From an uncultured delta proteobacterium (GTDB lineage Bacteria; Desulfobacterota; Binatia; Binatales; Binataceae): 64,000 nt of DNA. The notes under the pieces were generated by a model. It searched no databases. It worked only from the letters and a program-made list of their open reading frames with translations, and had not been told where the DNA came from. The translations under genes and the position numbers were made by a program. Shown in pieces: positions 27,357 through 37,688 of the stretch; the stretch's first letter is position 1; every line of letters starts with the position of its first letter. The stretch lies in the NCBI GenBank assembly GCA_963765675.1, contig CAVXXK010000001.1, positions 1,952,001 to 2,016,000 on the forward strand. The letters run 5' to 3'.

Positions 27357-28346
27357 TTACGCGCCGCGCAGCGGGAGTCCCGCCTTGCGATAAACGTCGT
27401 CGATTATCTGCATGCTGACGATCCCGTCGTGCCCGTCGGTCGGCATCGCGGGACCTCCGCGCACGGCGGCGGCGAAGGCGCGCAACTGGTAAGTAAAAGT
27501 CGGCTCGAGCGGGAAGCTCTCCTGCTTTTCGCCGGCAGCAGTTTTGATCGTCAGTTGATGCCCGCGATGCGGCGCGAGAGGGTTGACGACCGACAGGCTG
27601 CCGCGCTCGCCGGTTGCCTCGAACATCACCTGAAGCGGCGAGGTCGGCTCCATCGAGCAGCTCATTCGGGCAGTTGCTCCGCCCGGAAGCTCGAGGTCGG
27701 CTTCCATCGCGATGTCGATTCCCGGAGCACCGATCCTCGCGCGCGCGGCCTTGACGATCGGAGTCGTGCCCGAGAAATGCCGAATCATGTGGAGCGGGTA
27801 GCATCCGAGGTCCATCGTCGCACCGCCTGCGAGGCTAAGATTGTGGCGGATGTCAGTTGGAGGGATGAAGGGGACCGAGAATTTAGCCTCGAGACGGTTG
27901 AGATTGCCCAGGCTTCCGTCGCGCAGGATCTCGCGCACGCGGTAGGCGAGCGGATGGTAATAATAGTGGAACGCTTCGACCAGCACGCGTTTGCTCTGAT
28001 CGGCGGCGGCGGCCATCTGCTCGGCCTCGGCGGCGTTGGAGGAGAGAGGTTTTTCGCACAGCACGTGTTTGCCAGCGCGCAGCGCACGAACGGTCCATTC
28101 GCAATGCAGCGAATTGGGAAGAGGATTGTAGATCGCGTCGAGGTCCGGGTCGTTGACGAGATCATCGTAGCTCGCAAGCACGCGCGCGATGCCGTGCGTT
28201 TTGGCGAACTCGCGCGCCCGCGCAGGATCTCGCGCGGCGATTGCGGTGACCTCGAGTCTGTCGACAACCTTCGCGGGTTTGATCAGCGCATCGGGCGCAA
28301 TCCTCGCCGCTCCCAGCAGGCCAATTCGCAGCGTTGTTGAAGCCAT
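27357..28346 (-). CDS. Gfo/Idh/MocA family oxidoreductase
   Basis: IGLLGAARIA, GKHVLCEKP, GGATMDLGCY. Confidence 0.92.
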   Translation of the reverse strand: MASTTLRIGLLGAARIAPDALIKPAKVVDRLEVTAIAARDPARAREFAKTHGIARVLASYDDLVNDPDLDAIYNPLPNSLHCEWTVRALRAGKHVLCEKPLSSNAAEAEQMAAAADQSKRVLVEAFHYYYHPLAYRVREILRDGSLGNLNRLEAKFSVPFIPPTDIRHNLSLAGGATMDLGCYPLHMIRHFSGTTPIVKAARARIGAPGIDIAMEADLELPGGATARMSCSMEPTSPLQVMFEATGERGSLSVVNPLAPHRGHQLTIKTAAGEKQESFPLEPTFTYQLRAFAAAVRGGPAMPTDGHDGIVSMQIIDDVYRKAGLPLRGA

Positions 28347-28485
28347 CGTCGTGGAATCCTCGCTATTCGGTCGAGCCAGCGTGCGCTCAATCCATTGGCA
28401 CAGCGGGATTCTACGTATCGGAAGCTTTGTACGCCAGTCAGGGCAGGGCGGAGGGACGAATTTGAAATGTCGGTGCGGAGGCAGT

Positions 28486-29472
28486 TCAATCGAGCCCGAG
28501 AAGCCTGCGGGCGTTGCCGCCGAGTATCTTTTCCTCCGACGCGCGATCGAGCCCGAGCGCTTTGACCTCGGCGACAGGATGAGCAAGTCCGGCGGGGAGT
28601 GGATAGTCCGTGCCGACGACGAAGCGCTCTGATCCATAGGTTCGAACCAGATGGCCCAGCATTTCGCGATTGTGAGCAATGATATCGAAATGGAACTGAG
28701 ACAGGTAAGTCGACGGCGCGCGCGGAATCGCCTTCTGGCATTCAGGCACCAGGCGGTATCCCATATCGAGTCTGCCGACGAGTGCGGGCAATGCACCCCC
28801 GGCGTGATAAAGCACTATCTTGAGATCGGAATGGCGTTCGAGCACTCCTCCATATATCAGCAGTGCCGCAGCCAGGCCGGTGTCATACAAGTTGCCGACC
28901 AGGTTGCCCAGAAAATAGCGGCCGAGTGCTCCGGCGGGTGCGGCTTCGAATGGATGAATGCATACTACCATTCGTAGCGCCGCGGCCGCCGACCAGAAGA
29001 CATCGAAATCGGCTTCGTCGAGCTGCCGCTCACCTACTTTCGGCGGAATTTCGACCCCGCGAAGCCCTAGTCCGGCGGCGCGTTCCATTTCCCTGGCCGC
29101 GGCGGCGGGATCTTGCATCGGAACCGACGCGAGCGGCTGAAACCGGTGAGAGTCAGCCGCGCCCAGCGCCGCCATCGCGTCGTTGTTTACCTGCGCAATA
29201 GCCAGTCCGAGATCGGGCGCGGCATCTGGATACATCAGGAATGGAACGCACGAGATTGCCTGCGTCGCGATCCCTTCGCGATCCATGTCGGCGGCGCGCG
29301 CGGCGGCGTTTGAGATTGCGCCGTCGATCGGGCGCATCGCTTTTTCCTGGATCAGAAAAAACCTGCGGCCCTCGCGCTCGACGATCCGGGTGGCGAAGTG
29401 CTTCCCCTCGCGCGCTAAAAAAGCGATCACCTCGGGCGCGATGAAGTGGTTGTGCATGTCGATCACGTCCAT
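28486..29472 (-). CDS. Amidohydrolase-2 family protein (ACMSD-like decarboxylase or hydratase)
   Basis: IDMHNH, IHP, HAGG, GTDYP. Confidence 0.88.
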   Translation of the reverse strand: MDVIDMHNHFIAPEVIAFLAREGKHFATRIVEREGRRFFLIQEKAMRPIDGAISNAAARAADMDREGIATQAISCVPFLMYPDAAPDLGLAIAQVNNDAMAALGAADSHRFQPLASVPMQDPAAAAREMERAAGLGLRGVEIPPKVGERQLDEADFDVFWSAAAALRMVVCIHPFEAAPAGALGRYFLGNLVGNLYDTGLAAALLIYGGVLERHSDLKIVLYHAGGALPALVGRLDMGYRLVPECQKAIPRAPSTYLSQFHFDIIAHNREMLGHLVRTYGSERFVVGTDYPLPAGLAHPVAEVKALGLDRASEEKILGGNARRLLGLD

Positions 29473-29512
29473 CGCCTTCTCCCGGCCGAATGATCAATCG
29501 ATTGGTTGCGTA

Positions 29513-30004
29513 CTAGAGGATGAAGCTTATCTTGCCGTGCGGGCGCAGAGCCTCATTGTCGAGGATGGCGCGGCGCTCACGAATCCTCAGTTTGCCATCC
29601 TTTCGGATGAGCTTGTAATCGTAGCGGCCGATGTAAGTATCAACTGATTCGTAGCGCATCCGATGCACCGCAAAATTCGCGCTCGCCAGAAAAAGCTCGC
29701 CTTCGGCGCCGAGCACTCGCACGTTGGTGATCAGCCGCCGCGTGCGCGAACGCGGATTCTCGGCCCACGCCGCCTTGCCGAGCAACTGCTTTACTCGCGA
29801 TCGGATACGGACGGCGTCGTCCGCGATAATGAACAGAGTATTGCGCGAGTCGCCCTCGGGAACATCAGTGGGCGGAACCTCATACACGGCGTCTTCGGTG
29901 AGGAGCTCGAGCCATTCGTCGAGTCGCCACTCGTCGAGAAGAGCGGCCTCCTCGTAGAGGAGATCCTCGACCTCCTGGCGGCTAGGCGTTTGCGCGGCAG
30001 TCAC
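29513..30004 (-). CDS. Aromatic ring-hydroxylating dioxygenase beta subunit
   Basis: GTG overlaps the alpha stop; LYEEAALLDEWRLDEWL, ENPRSRTRRLITNV. Confidence 0.92.
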   Translation of the reverse strand: MTAAQTPSRQEVEDLLYEEAALLDEWRLDEWLELLTEDAVYEVPPTDVPEGDSRNTLFIIADDAVRIRSRVKQLLGKAAWAENPRSRTRRLITNVRVLGAEGELFLASANFAVHRMRYESVDTYIGRYDYKLIRKDGKLRIRERRAILDNEALRPHGKISFIL

Positions 30005-31293
30005 GCGGCCTTCCTCGCGCGGCGAATCTGCGGTTCTGTCATCAATTGATTCCATCGCCGCCAGAAAGCGCGCATCTGCAATTCGTCGGTTAGCGCGGGC
30101 TCCTCGCGCTTCATGCCGCGCGAGATATCCGACCATCCGACTTCGCGATTGGCGAAGCCCCTCTGGCATGACTCGAGCATCTCGACATCGTCGGGAGTAG
30201 CGAAACCTCCCGGACCAAGAAAGGTCAGAAAGTTGTCAAGACGAAGCGCTGAATCCTCGGCACTTTCTTCGGCGGGCGCTAGCGCCCACGCGTTCACCTC
30301 CATGTAGTCGGGCGAGACCGGGTAGAAGGTACGAACCGTGACCGCCATGATGTCATTGATCACAAGGTTCGGAAAAATGCCCAGATTGCGGCTGGTCTCA
30401 CAGATGCGGCGCGCGCGCTCGGGCCCAAAGCGCTCTTCGAACTGGCGGCGCACTTCTGCGAAGTGAGGTTTGCGTTCCTCGCCAAAAGGAGGGACCCAAT
30501 GCGCGATCGGACGCCCCCACGCACTCTGGTACTCGAGGACGGCGTGGCCATTGCCGAGATCGACCACCTTATGCCGCGCCGGAGCGCCGAGAGCCGAGGT
30601 TTTGAAATCAATTCCGATGTCGGTCAGGAAACTGAAGTATCGCTGATGCGTAGGCAGGCCGTGATAGCCGTCGTAGCTATTCTCGACCAACAATTTCCAA
30701 TTGGCGCGCGCGCTGTATGATTGCTGCCCGGCGACGATCTTCATTCCTAGCGCGGACTGGTCGGCGACCAGATCAAGATACTCACGCGCACCCGCCAGAT
30801 ACTCATACAGAGGTTGCGCCGCAGGATCGAAGCAGGCGAATACGAATCCGCGGTAGTTGTCCACCTGTGCGGGAGCGGCCAGCGCCATATCCGCGCGTTT
30901 GAACGCATCGCTGTATGCGTCTTCGCCGGGAACGCCGACCAACTCGCCGCGCGAGTTATAGGTCCATGCGTGGTAAGGACACTGGAAGGTTCGGGCATTG
31001 CCGGATTTTTGCCGGCAAACCATCGCTCCGCGATGAGTACACGTATTCAGCAGTACACGAAGAACATTGTCATCGCCGCGCACCATGACGAGCGGACGTC
31101 CGGCGACATTGCGCGAGCGATAATCGCCCGCGTGCGGCACCTCGGATTCGTGGCCGACATAGATCCAGCACTTGTCGAAGATCCGCCGACGCTCCAGCTC
31201 GAGACATTGCGGGTCGGTGAATGCACGCCGGTTGACGCGGAACAATCCCGCGTCCTGATCTTCCATGATGAAGGCTTCATCTGAGGTTTGCAT
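30001..31293 (-). CDS. Rieske aromatic ring-hydroxylating dioxygenase alpha subunit (p-cumate/benzoate-like)
   Basis: CTHRG...CPYHAW Rieske motif; ENSYDGYH..TH and TPDD mononuclear Fe ligands. Confidence 0.93.
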   Translation of the reverse strand: MQTSDEAFIMEDQDAGLFRVNRRAFTDPQCLELERRRIFDKCWIYVGHESEVPHAGDYRSRNVAGRPLVMVRGDDNVLRVLLNTCTHRGAMVCRQKSGNARTFQCPYHAWTYNSRGELVGVPGEDAYSDAFKRADMALAAPAQVDNYRGFVFACFDPAAQPLYEYLAGAREYLDLVADQSALGMKIVAGQQSYSARANWKLLVENSYDGYHGLPTHQRYFSFLTDIGIDFKTSALGAPARHKVVDLGNGHAVLEYQSAWGRPIAHWVPPFGEERKPHFAEVRRQFEERFGPERARRICETSRNLGIFPNLVINDIMAVTVRTFYPVSPDYMEVNAWALAPAEESAEDSALRLDNFLTFLGPGGFATPDDVEMLESCQRGFANREVGWSDISRGMKREEPALTDELQMRAFWRRWNQLMTEPQIRRARKAA

Positions 31294-31329
31294 GTCGCTT
31301 CTCCGCTGCTGCCAGTGATTTTCCAGTTG

Positions 31330-32142
31330 CTATTTGCTTGGTGGCTCCCATGCCCAATATCGCGCGATCGCACCCGCATCGACGCGCAGGTCGGTACCGG
31401 TGATCATCATTGAATCATCCGACGCGAGAAAAACCGTGGCGCGTCCGTAATCGCGCGGGCTGGGCAGGCGCTGCATCGGCACACGAGTACGAAATGTCTC
31501 GAACGCGCGCTTGATTTCGTCGGAATTACGCACTTGGCGGCCCCATCGCGCGGCGCGCTCGTGCGATTCCGATGGATCGGTCGCGGTCGGCGTCAGACTA
31601 TTGACCCGAATACCATGTGCGATCAGCTCGATCGCGGCCGAACGGGTGAAATTGAGTAGTCCGCTTTTCGCGGTGCAGTATGCGATGTTGCCCGGTTCGC
31701 CCTGATGCCCGGCGGTCGAGATTATGTTGATAATCGCGCCGTGGCGCTTCCGCTCGATCATCGACTTTGCAACGTACTTGGTGAACAGAAATGCGCCGGT
31801 CAAGATGACGGTGATCTGCCGATGCCACTCTTCGAGCGGCATATCGAGCACGCCCTTCTTGTTGAAGATCGCGGCGTTGTTCACGAGGATATCGATTCCG
31901 TCAAAAGCATCGCATGCGGCTTTGACGGCGGAGGCCACTTGGCCTTCATCGGTCACGTCGCAAGTCACCGCGATAGAACGGGCGCCTGTGCTTTTGAGAT
32001 AGCGCGTGCAGTCGGCGGCGTTAGCTTCTCGCGAATCGACGCAGACGATCGCGGCGCCCTCGGCCGCGAGACCCTCGGCGATGCCGCCGCCAATATTGAT
32101 GCTGGTGCCGGTGACCAGCGCGACTTTTCCGTCCAATCTCAT
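31330..32142 (-). CDS. SDR oxidoreductase (possible cis-dihydrodiol dehydrogenase)
   Basis: TGTSINIG, NNAA, YCTAK. Confidence 0.88.
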   Translation of the reverse strand: MRLDGKVALVTGTSINIGGGIAEGLAAEGAAIVCVDSREANAADCTRYLKSTGARSIAVTCDVTDEGQVASAVKAACDAFDGIDILVNNAAIFNKKGVLDMPLEEWHRQITVILTGAFLFTKYVAKSMIERKRHGAIINIISTAGHQGEPGNIAYCTAKSGLLNFTRSAAIELIAHGIRVNSLTPTATDPSESHERAARWGRQVRNSDEIKRAFETFRTRVPMQRLPSPRDYGRATVFLASDDSMMITGTDLRVDAGAIARYWAWEPPSK

Positions 32143-32172
32143 TCCGGTTCTCCGAAGCTCATACCATCGCGC

Positions 32173-33213
32173 TCAATTTGGCGGCGCAATCAGGAAGCAC
32201 TTCGATGAGTTGAAGATCCAGGTCTCGATGAACTCCATCTCCTTCGGCTTGCGATGAAGCTCCGAAAGAGCGCCAGTCAGGCACATCCAGTTCAGAATCT
32301 CCTGCTGGCCGCTCGCCTCGACCGAAGCGGCCGGATAATTGCGCCAGGTATCGAAATCGCTCGTGCGCAGGGCCTCGTACAGCATCCGGTCGGCAGGTGT
32401 GTCGGGATACAGAAAGTGGTTTTTTGCGGTCAGGAAGGCATGCGACCATCCCGACGAAGCCATCAGCACGACTCGCCACGGACTCTTCGCGAGGATTCGG
32501 GCGGTTGCGGCGCCGAGATCGAACAATCGCCGGGGAGTGGGCGCCGGAGGATCCAATTGAGCTTCCGACGGCGGATGATCGAACATCGGAAGACCGCCGC
32601 GTTGCGCAATCACTCTGCGTCCGTAGCAGTTGATCGCGAATGGAACTATTGGATAGTCGAATCCTTTGCGATCATAGTCGAGATACATTATCGCATTCGC
32701 GAACGCATGGCCCAATGGATTATGCAGTGGCCTATACGAATATGCGGTGTCGAAGCCTTCATCGATAAGCCCGCTCGCCAAAAATTTAGCCGCAGCGACG
32801 TTGCCGGGCACGTTGAATCGCTTTTCAGCCGACTCTTTCCACACATTGTTGGCAGGTGCCGCAAACGCAAATGACTCGTGCGCATAGATGCAATAGGGCG
32901 GAATCACATCTTCACGGAAGTTCTCGTACTGATCGTCGCCCCAAATGACAATCAGATCAGGACGGAACGCGTCGATCTGCGCGCGCGCCTTGCGCAGCGC
33001 TTGAAGCATCTGCGCGCGATGCGCCCGTGCCGCTGCGGTTCCTTCGTCGGTGCCCCATTCAGCGCGCATCGCCTCCGGCCATCCTTCGGCGCGCCGGTAT
33101 CGCTCGGGCAGGTGAGGGTTCTGGAGCATCCGCTTCAGAATCCACGACATCGTTTCGTCGCTTCCGGCCAGAGGTGGATAGTGGGTTATTCCGATTGCGA
33201 GAATATCACCCAT
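32173..33213 (-). CDS. Extradiol ring-cleavage dioxygenase, class III (LigB-like)
   Basis: GITHYP, WGDDQYENF, LGHAF, SSGWSH, GQQEILNW. Confidence 0.82.
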   Translation of the reverse strand: MGDILAIGITHYPPLAGSDETMSWILKRMLQNPHLPERYRRAEGWPEAMRAEWGTDEGTAAARAHRAQMLQALRKARAQIDAFRPDLIVIWGDDQYENFREDVIPPYCIYAHESFAFAAPANNVWKESAEKRFNVPGNVAAAKFLASGLIDEGFDTAYSYRPLHNPLGHAFANAIMYLDYDRKGFDYPIVPFAINCYGRRVIAQRGGLPMFDHPPSEAQLDPPAPTPRRLFDLGAATARILAKSPWRVVLMASSGWSHAFLTAKNHFLYPDTPADRMLYEALRTSDFDTWRNYPAASVEASGQQEILNWMCLTGALSELHRKPKEMEFIETWIFNSSKCFLIAPPN

Positions 33214-33255
33214 AGGCGCGTACTCCTGACCGTGCGGCGATGGTCGCGTAAATAG

Positions 33256-34467
33256 TCATTTCGAAATACCACTGGCAGCACGAGTCCGGTCGTCATGCAG
33301 AACCCGTTTGTCATAAAGCTCCTGGACTCTGCTCTGTGAGTATCCGAGTATATTGGACAATACCTCGATATTGTCGCCGCCCAGAGCTGGAACGTGATTG
33401 CGCGCCCGGGCGGCGCTGTTCGTGAACTTGAACGCGGGGTTGGGCACCTTCAGTTCTCCGGCGCCATCGTCGATTCTGGTAAAGCTGCCGCGTGCTTCGA
33501 CGTGTGGTTGATTGAGCGCTTCGCGGACGCTGAAGTAGCGCGAGCAGGGAACACTCGCCTTGGTGAGAATCGCTTCGCATTCCTCGGTCGTTCGCGTGGA
33601 GGCCCACTCGTCGAGCATCGCCATAAACAGGTTCCAATGACGAGCGCGGCCCTTGATCGTCCCGAAGCGCGGATCGTCCATCCATTCGGGATGTCCCACG
33701 GCCGTGGCAAGCGCGGCGAAGTTGTTCGGCTTGACCGCCGCGATCATCACGAATCCGTCCTTCGCGCGGGTCGGCTGAAAAGTGTTGGCGCGCCGTGGTT
33801 GAGGAAACTGCGCTTCCTGGAATTCATAGATGAGCATGCCAAGCACGCCGTCCATCATTGATAGATCAATGTAGTCGCCGCGGCCAGTGCGCTCACGCGC
33901 GAGCAGCGCGGACTGGATCGCGCCGAACGCTTGCGTGCCGCCAAGGACGTCGCCGACATAGATGCCGGTGTTGAGAGGACGTTCGAGGCCATTTTGATAG
34001 GAGAGGTTGACCAGGTCGAAGCCGCTCGCGGCATGGAGCATAGGCGCGTACGCGCTGCGCGTCGCCCACGGTCCATGCTGGCCGAACCCGGAAATCGAAC
34101 AGTAGACCATTCGCGGATTCAGCTTTGCGATTTCCTCGTAATCGAGGCGCAGCCGACGCATCACACCGGGCCGAGAATTCTCGACGATCACGTCGGCAGT
34201 GGCTGCGAGCTCGTGCACGATCACGATCGCCTCGGGCTGGTGGAGATCGATCGAGAGACTCTTCTTGCCACAATTCAGGTGGGCAAAATACGCACTCTTG
34301 CCGTCGCGCAGCGGAGGCTGCACGCGAATGAAATCGCCTTCAGGCGGTTCGAGCTTGATCACCTCCGCGCCAAGGTCGGCGAGCAGGCGGGTGCAATAGG
34401 GTCCCGACACGATGGTCGTGAAATCGAGCACTCGCACGCCGCCGAGGATCTCGTTAAGCATCGGCAA
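33256..34467 (-). CDS. CaiB/BaiF family III CoA transferase
   Basis: VRVLDFT, GPYCTRLLADLGAEVIKLE, NCGKKS, VGDVLGG. Confidence 0.92.
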   Translation of the reverse strand: MPMLNEILGGVRVLDFTTIVSGPYCTRLLADLGAEVIKLEPPEGDFIRVQPPLRDGKSAYFAHLNCGKKSLSIDLHQPEAIVIVHELAATADVIVENSRPGVMRRLRLDYEEIAKLNPRMVYCSISGFGQHGPWATRSAYAPMLHAASGFDLVNLSYQNGLERPLNTGIYVGDVLGGTQAFGAIQSALLARERTGRGDYIDLSMMDGVLGMLIYEFQEAQFPQPRRANTFQPTRAKDGFVMIAAVKPNNFAALATAVGHPEWMDDPRFGTIKGRARHWNLFMAMLDEWASTRTTEECEAILTKASVPCSRYFSVREALNQPHVEARGSFTRIDDGAGELKVPNPAFKFTNSAARARNHVPALGGDNIEVLSNILGYSQSRVQELYDKRVLHDDRTRAASGISK

Positions 34468-35296
34468 CCTCGGCGCGGCCTTGTTCTTTTTTCAGCGATA
34501 GATAGTGGCGATTGAGCCGCTCCAGATGCTGTTTCATTTCGGTCACGGCCGCATCGCAATCGCCCGCCGCGAAGTGCTTCATGAATCGTCGGCGCGAGGG
34601 CAGCACCCACGGATTACGGGTTTGTCCGATTGCCTGAATGAAATGCTGCATCACGTCAATCAGCGCTTCCATCACGATCACCATGACCGGATTCTTGGTT
34701 GCGCGCGCGATGATGCGATGAAAATCAAGATGGATCGCGGCCTGCGCATAGAAATCGGTCTTTGCGCGAGCGGCACTCTCCGCCGCGGCGACGTTTGCTT
34801 TCAGCGCATCGATGTCTTCCGCGTTGGCTCGCTCGCACGCCGCGCGCACGGCGATTGATTCGATCAGCACGCGCGCCTCGGTCAGATGCTCAGGCGCGAT
34901 CGCGCCCAGGTGGAACATGTCGCGAAGGCCGGTGACGATCGCGTCGCCGGTACTCTCGCGCACAAAGGCGCCTCCAGCCGCGCCCTTCTGCAGCCGCAAC
35001 AGGCCGGCGTTTTCGAGCGAACGCAGCGCCTCGCGCAGCGTGTTTCGCGAGACTCCGAATTGCTCCGCCAACGTCCGTTCGGGCGGAAGCCGATCGCCGG
35101 CGCGCAGGCGGCGATCCGCCAGTTCCCTGCGAATCTGATCAGCGATCTCTTCGAACGCGCGCGGAGTGCGGATGCGCCGGAACTCGATACTGTGTGAGCC
35201 GCGCGTGGTTCTGCGAACCGCCCCGCGTGGAGGCTGCAAGGCAAGCGCGCCGCGCTTGACAATCGAGTTTTGTCTATGCTCCATTGGTTGAACCAT
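34454..35296 (-). CDS. GntR/FadR-family transcriptional regulator (start uncertain)
   Basis: GDRLPPERTLAEQFGVSRNTLREAL; FCD domain with FH...ATKN and HL. Confidence 0.9.
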   Translation of the reverse strand: MVQPMEHRQNSIVKRGALALQPPRGAVRRTTRGSHSIEFRRIRTPRAFEEIADQIRRELADRRLRAGDRLPPERTLAEQFGVSRNTLREALRSLENAGLLRLQKGAAGGAFVRESTGDAIVTGLRDMFHLGAIAPEHLTEARVLIESIAVRAACERANAEDIDALKANVAAAESAARAKTDFYAQAAIHLDFHRIIARATKNPVMVIVMEALIDVMQHFIQAIGQTRNPWVLPSRRRFMKHFAAGDCDAAVTEMKQHLERLNRHYLSLKKEQGRAEVADA

Positions 35297-35297
35297 T
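35283..35297. promoter_or_regulatory. FadR-family operator TGGT-N3-ACCA between divergent genes
   Basis: atTGGTtgaACCAtt overlapping the first regulator ATG; TTGACA hexamers on both strands (35256 +, 35329 -). Confidence 0.7.
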
Positions 35298-35400
35298 GCG
35301 ATCCTGACCCGGCGCCGTTAAAATGTCAAGCGCCGCGCGTGGCGGCCGCGGACGGAAAGGTCCCGCCAGCCGAGAAATCATCCGGCGGAGGAATTTCAAT

Positions 35401-36489
35401 TTGATCTCCTTTCAACTAACCGAAGAGCAGAAGCTCGCGCAATCGATGGTCCGGGAGCTGGCGGGAGCCTCGCTCCGGCCGGCCGCGCGCGACGCCGACG
35501 AACACGCGGAGATCCCGGCTTCCGTCCTGAAAGAGATCTGGGCGACCGGGATCGTTCAGTCCCAGGCCGACGCCGGCGCCGATGGAGGATCGCGATCCGC
35601 GATTCTGAACGCGCTGCTGCTAGAAGAGCTCGCGGTGGCCGACGCCGCATTCGCGATAGCCGCCGCGGCGCCACTGGGGTTTGCAAGCGCTATCGCTGCT
35701 CACGGTTCAGCCGAGCAGAAGAAGAGTCTGCTGTCGTTGTTTGCGGGCGACAAATATCAGTGCGCTGGTGTGGCGATCATGGAGCCCGATTTTCTGTTCG
35801 ACGTTTCCGCGGTGCGCACCTACGCGGCCAGGACGCCCAACGGATATCGTTTGTCCGGCGTCAAGACGATGGTTCCGCTTGCGGATCGGTGCAGCCATTT
35901 TCTGGTCCTTGCCAACTGCGACGGGGCGCCTGACGCCTTCATTGTCGATCGGCAGACAAAAGGGGTCGTGGTTGGGGGTGAGAGGCCCAGTCTCGGCTTG
36001 CGCGCGTTGCAGATGGCTGATGTGAGTTTCACAAATGTGGAACTGGGATCGGGCGGGCGGCTCGGCGGATCGGCACGATGCGACGTGCAGGAAATCGTCG
36101 ACTCCGCGCGCACAGCGCTGGCCGCGATCATGGCGGGGATAAGCCGCGCGGTGTTCGAGTTCGTGATGCCCTATACGAAAGAGAGGGTGGTGCATGGCGA
36201 TGCTTTGGCGAAGAAACAGGTGATCGCATTTCGGCTAGCCGACATGCGAATCGAGAACGACGCGATGCGCTGGATGGCGTGGAAAGCCGCGGCGATTCTC
36301 GAACGCGGGGGCAACGCCACCCGTCAGGCGCAACTTGCATACACCTATGCCGCCGAACAGGCGATGTGGATCGCCGATGAAGGAGTGCAAATGCTCGGTG
36401 GTCACGGCTACTTGCGCGATAATCCAGTCGAGATGTGGTATCGCGACGCCCGCACGTCGTCGGTGATGGAAGGCGCAGTGGGCGTATAG
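35401..36489 (+). CDS. Acyl-CoA dehydrogenase (FadE24-like subunit)
   Basis: TTG start after GGAGG; QMLGGHGY; shortened C-terminus WYRDARTSSVMEGAVGV. Confidence 0.88.
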   Translation: MISFQLTEEQKLAQSMVRELAGASLRPAARDADEHAEIPASVLKEIWATGIVQSQADAGADGGSRSAILNALLLEELAVADAAFAIAAAAPLGFASAIAAHGSAEQKKSLLSLFAGDKYQCAGVAIMEPDFLFDVSAVRTYAARTPNGYRLSGVKTMVPLADRCSHFLVLANCDGAPDAFIVDRQTKGVVVGGERPSLGLRALQMADVSFTNVELGSGGRLGGSARCDVQEIVDSARTALAAIMAGISRAVFEFVMPYTKERVVHGDALAKKQVIAFRLADMRIENDAMRWMAWKAAAILERGGNATRQAQLAYTYAAEQAMWIADEGVQMLGGHGYLRDNPVEMWYRDARTSSVMEGAVGV

Positions 36490-36518
36490 CGCCAACAGAA
36501 GCGTTGGAGGATCGGGCG

Positions 36519-37661
36519 ATGATAGATTTTGAGCTGACCGCCGCGGACCAGGAAGTGCTCGCGCTTGCTCATCGGCAGGCGGAGATCGGACGGGTCCACG
36601 CTAATTACTATGACAAGCACGAAGACCAGCTTCCGCCAGCTGAGTTTCCAGAAGCTGCGGGACAGAAAAATCCGATCGATCTGGCCGAGGAGATGGCCGC
36701 AGAGACCAGCGGCTCGAGGATTTTGCATTCGCTGGTCATGTCGGAGATCTACTCGGGCGGCATGGCGCTGCACCGCAGCAAATGGGGACTCGGAAACACC
36801 GTCCTCAAGAACGTTGCGACTCCCGAACAGTTTGAGAAGTGGAAGAATCACACAATCGCGATCGCGATAACGGAGCCGGGCGCGGGCTCGGATCCGGCGA
36901 ACATTCGAACCACGGCGACGTTCGATCGCGAAACCGGGGAGTGGGTAATCAACGGAGAGAAGATTTTCATCTCGCAAGCCGAGTCGAGCGACGCCGCAAT
37001 GGTCTTTTCGCGCTTCGTCGGACCGGACGGGAGCCGGGGGATGACGACGTTCCTGGTCGAGAAGGGAGCGCCAGGTTATTCCGTTGGCCCGCAGCTCAAG
37101 AAACTCGGTATCCGCTCCCACGATACGTGCAACCTGCTGTTCGAGGATTGCCGCATTCCCGAATTCAACCACATCAAGGGCGATTTCAAATCCACGATGA
37201 CGGTGTTCAACGACTCGCGTCCGATGGTCGGCGCGATGGCTTTGGGCGTCGCCCGCGCGGCACTGGATTTCACCCGCGAAAAGCTGGAACAGAACGGAGT
37301 AAAGATTAGCTATGACAGAGGCGTGCGGAACCGCGCTGCAGTAGTCGATCGCTTCATCCGCCTCGAGGCCGCTTACGAGGCGGCTATGCTCACGGTCCTG
37401 CGCGCCAAATGGCTCGAGCAGCAGGATGTTCCGCCGAAAGTCGAAGCCTCGATCGCAAAAGCAGCGGGAGGCAAGGCCGCGAGAAAGATTACGCAGGGCT
37501 GTATTGAGATACTCGGTCCCGAAGCTCTATCGGAAGACCATCCGCTCGAACGATGCTTCCGTGACGGGCGCATCTTCGATATCTACGAAGGGGCGGGCGA
37601 GATTCAGCGTCTCATCATCGCGCGCGCGATCCTCGAGTATACTTCGCGCGATATCAGGTGA
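36519..37661 (+). CDS. Acyl-CoA dehydrogenase (FadE23-like subunit)
   Basis: AITEPGAGSD, INGEKIFIS, KLGIR, DIYEGAGEIQRLIIAR. Confidence 0.92.
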   Translation: MIDFELTAADQEVLALAHRQAEIGRVHANYYDKHEDQLPPAEFPEAAGQKNPIDLAEEMAAETSGSRILHSLVMSEIYSGGMALHRSKWGLGNTVLKNVATPEQFEKWKNHTIAIAITEPGAGSDPANIRTTATFDRETGEWVINGEKIFISQAESSDAAMVFSRFVGPDGSRGMTTFLVEKGAPGYSVGPQLKKLGIRSHDTCNLLFEDCRIPEFNHIKGDFKSTMTVFNDSRPMVGAMALGVARAALDFTREKLEQNGVKISYDRGVRNRAAVVDRFIRLEAAYEAAMLTVLRAKWLEQQDVPPKVEASIAKAAGGKAARKITQGCIEILGPEALSEDHPLERCFRDGRIFDIYEGAGEIQRLIIARAILEYTSRDIR

Positions 37662-37688
37662 TAGGCGCAGGCTCTTAACGAGGTCTAC

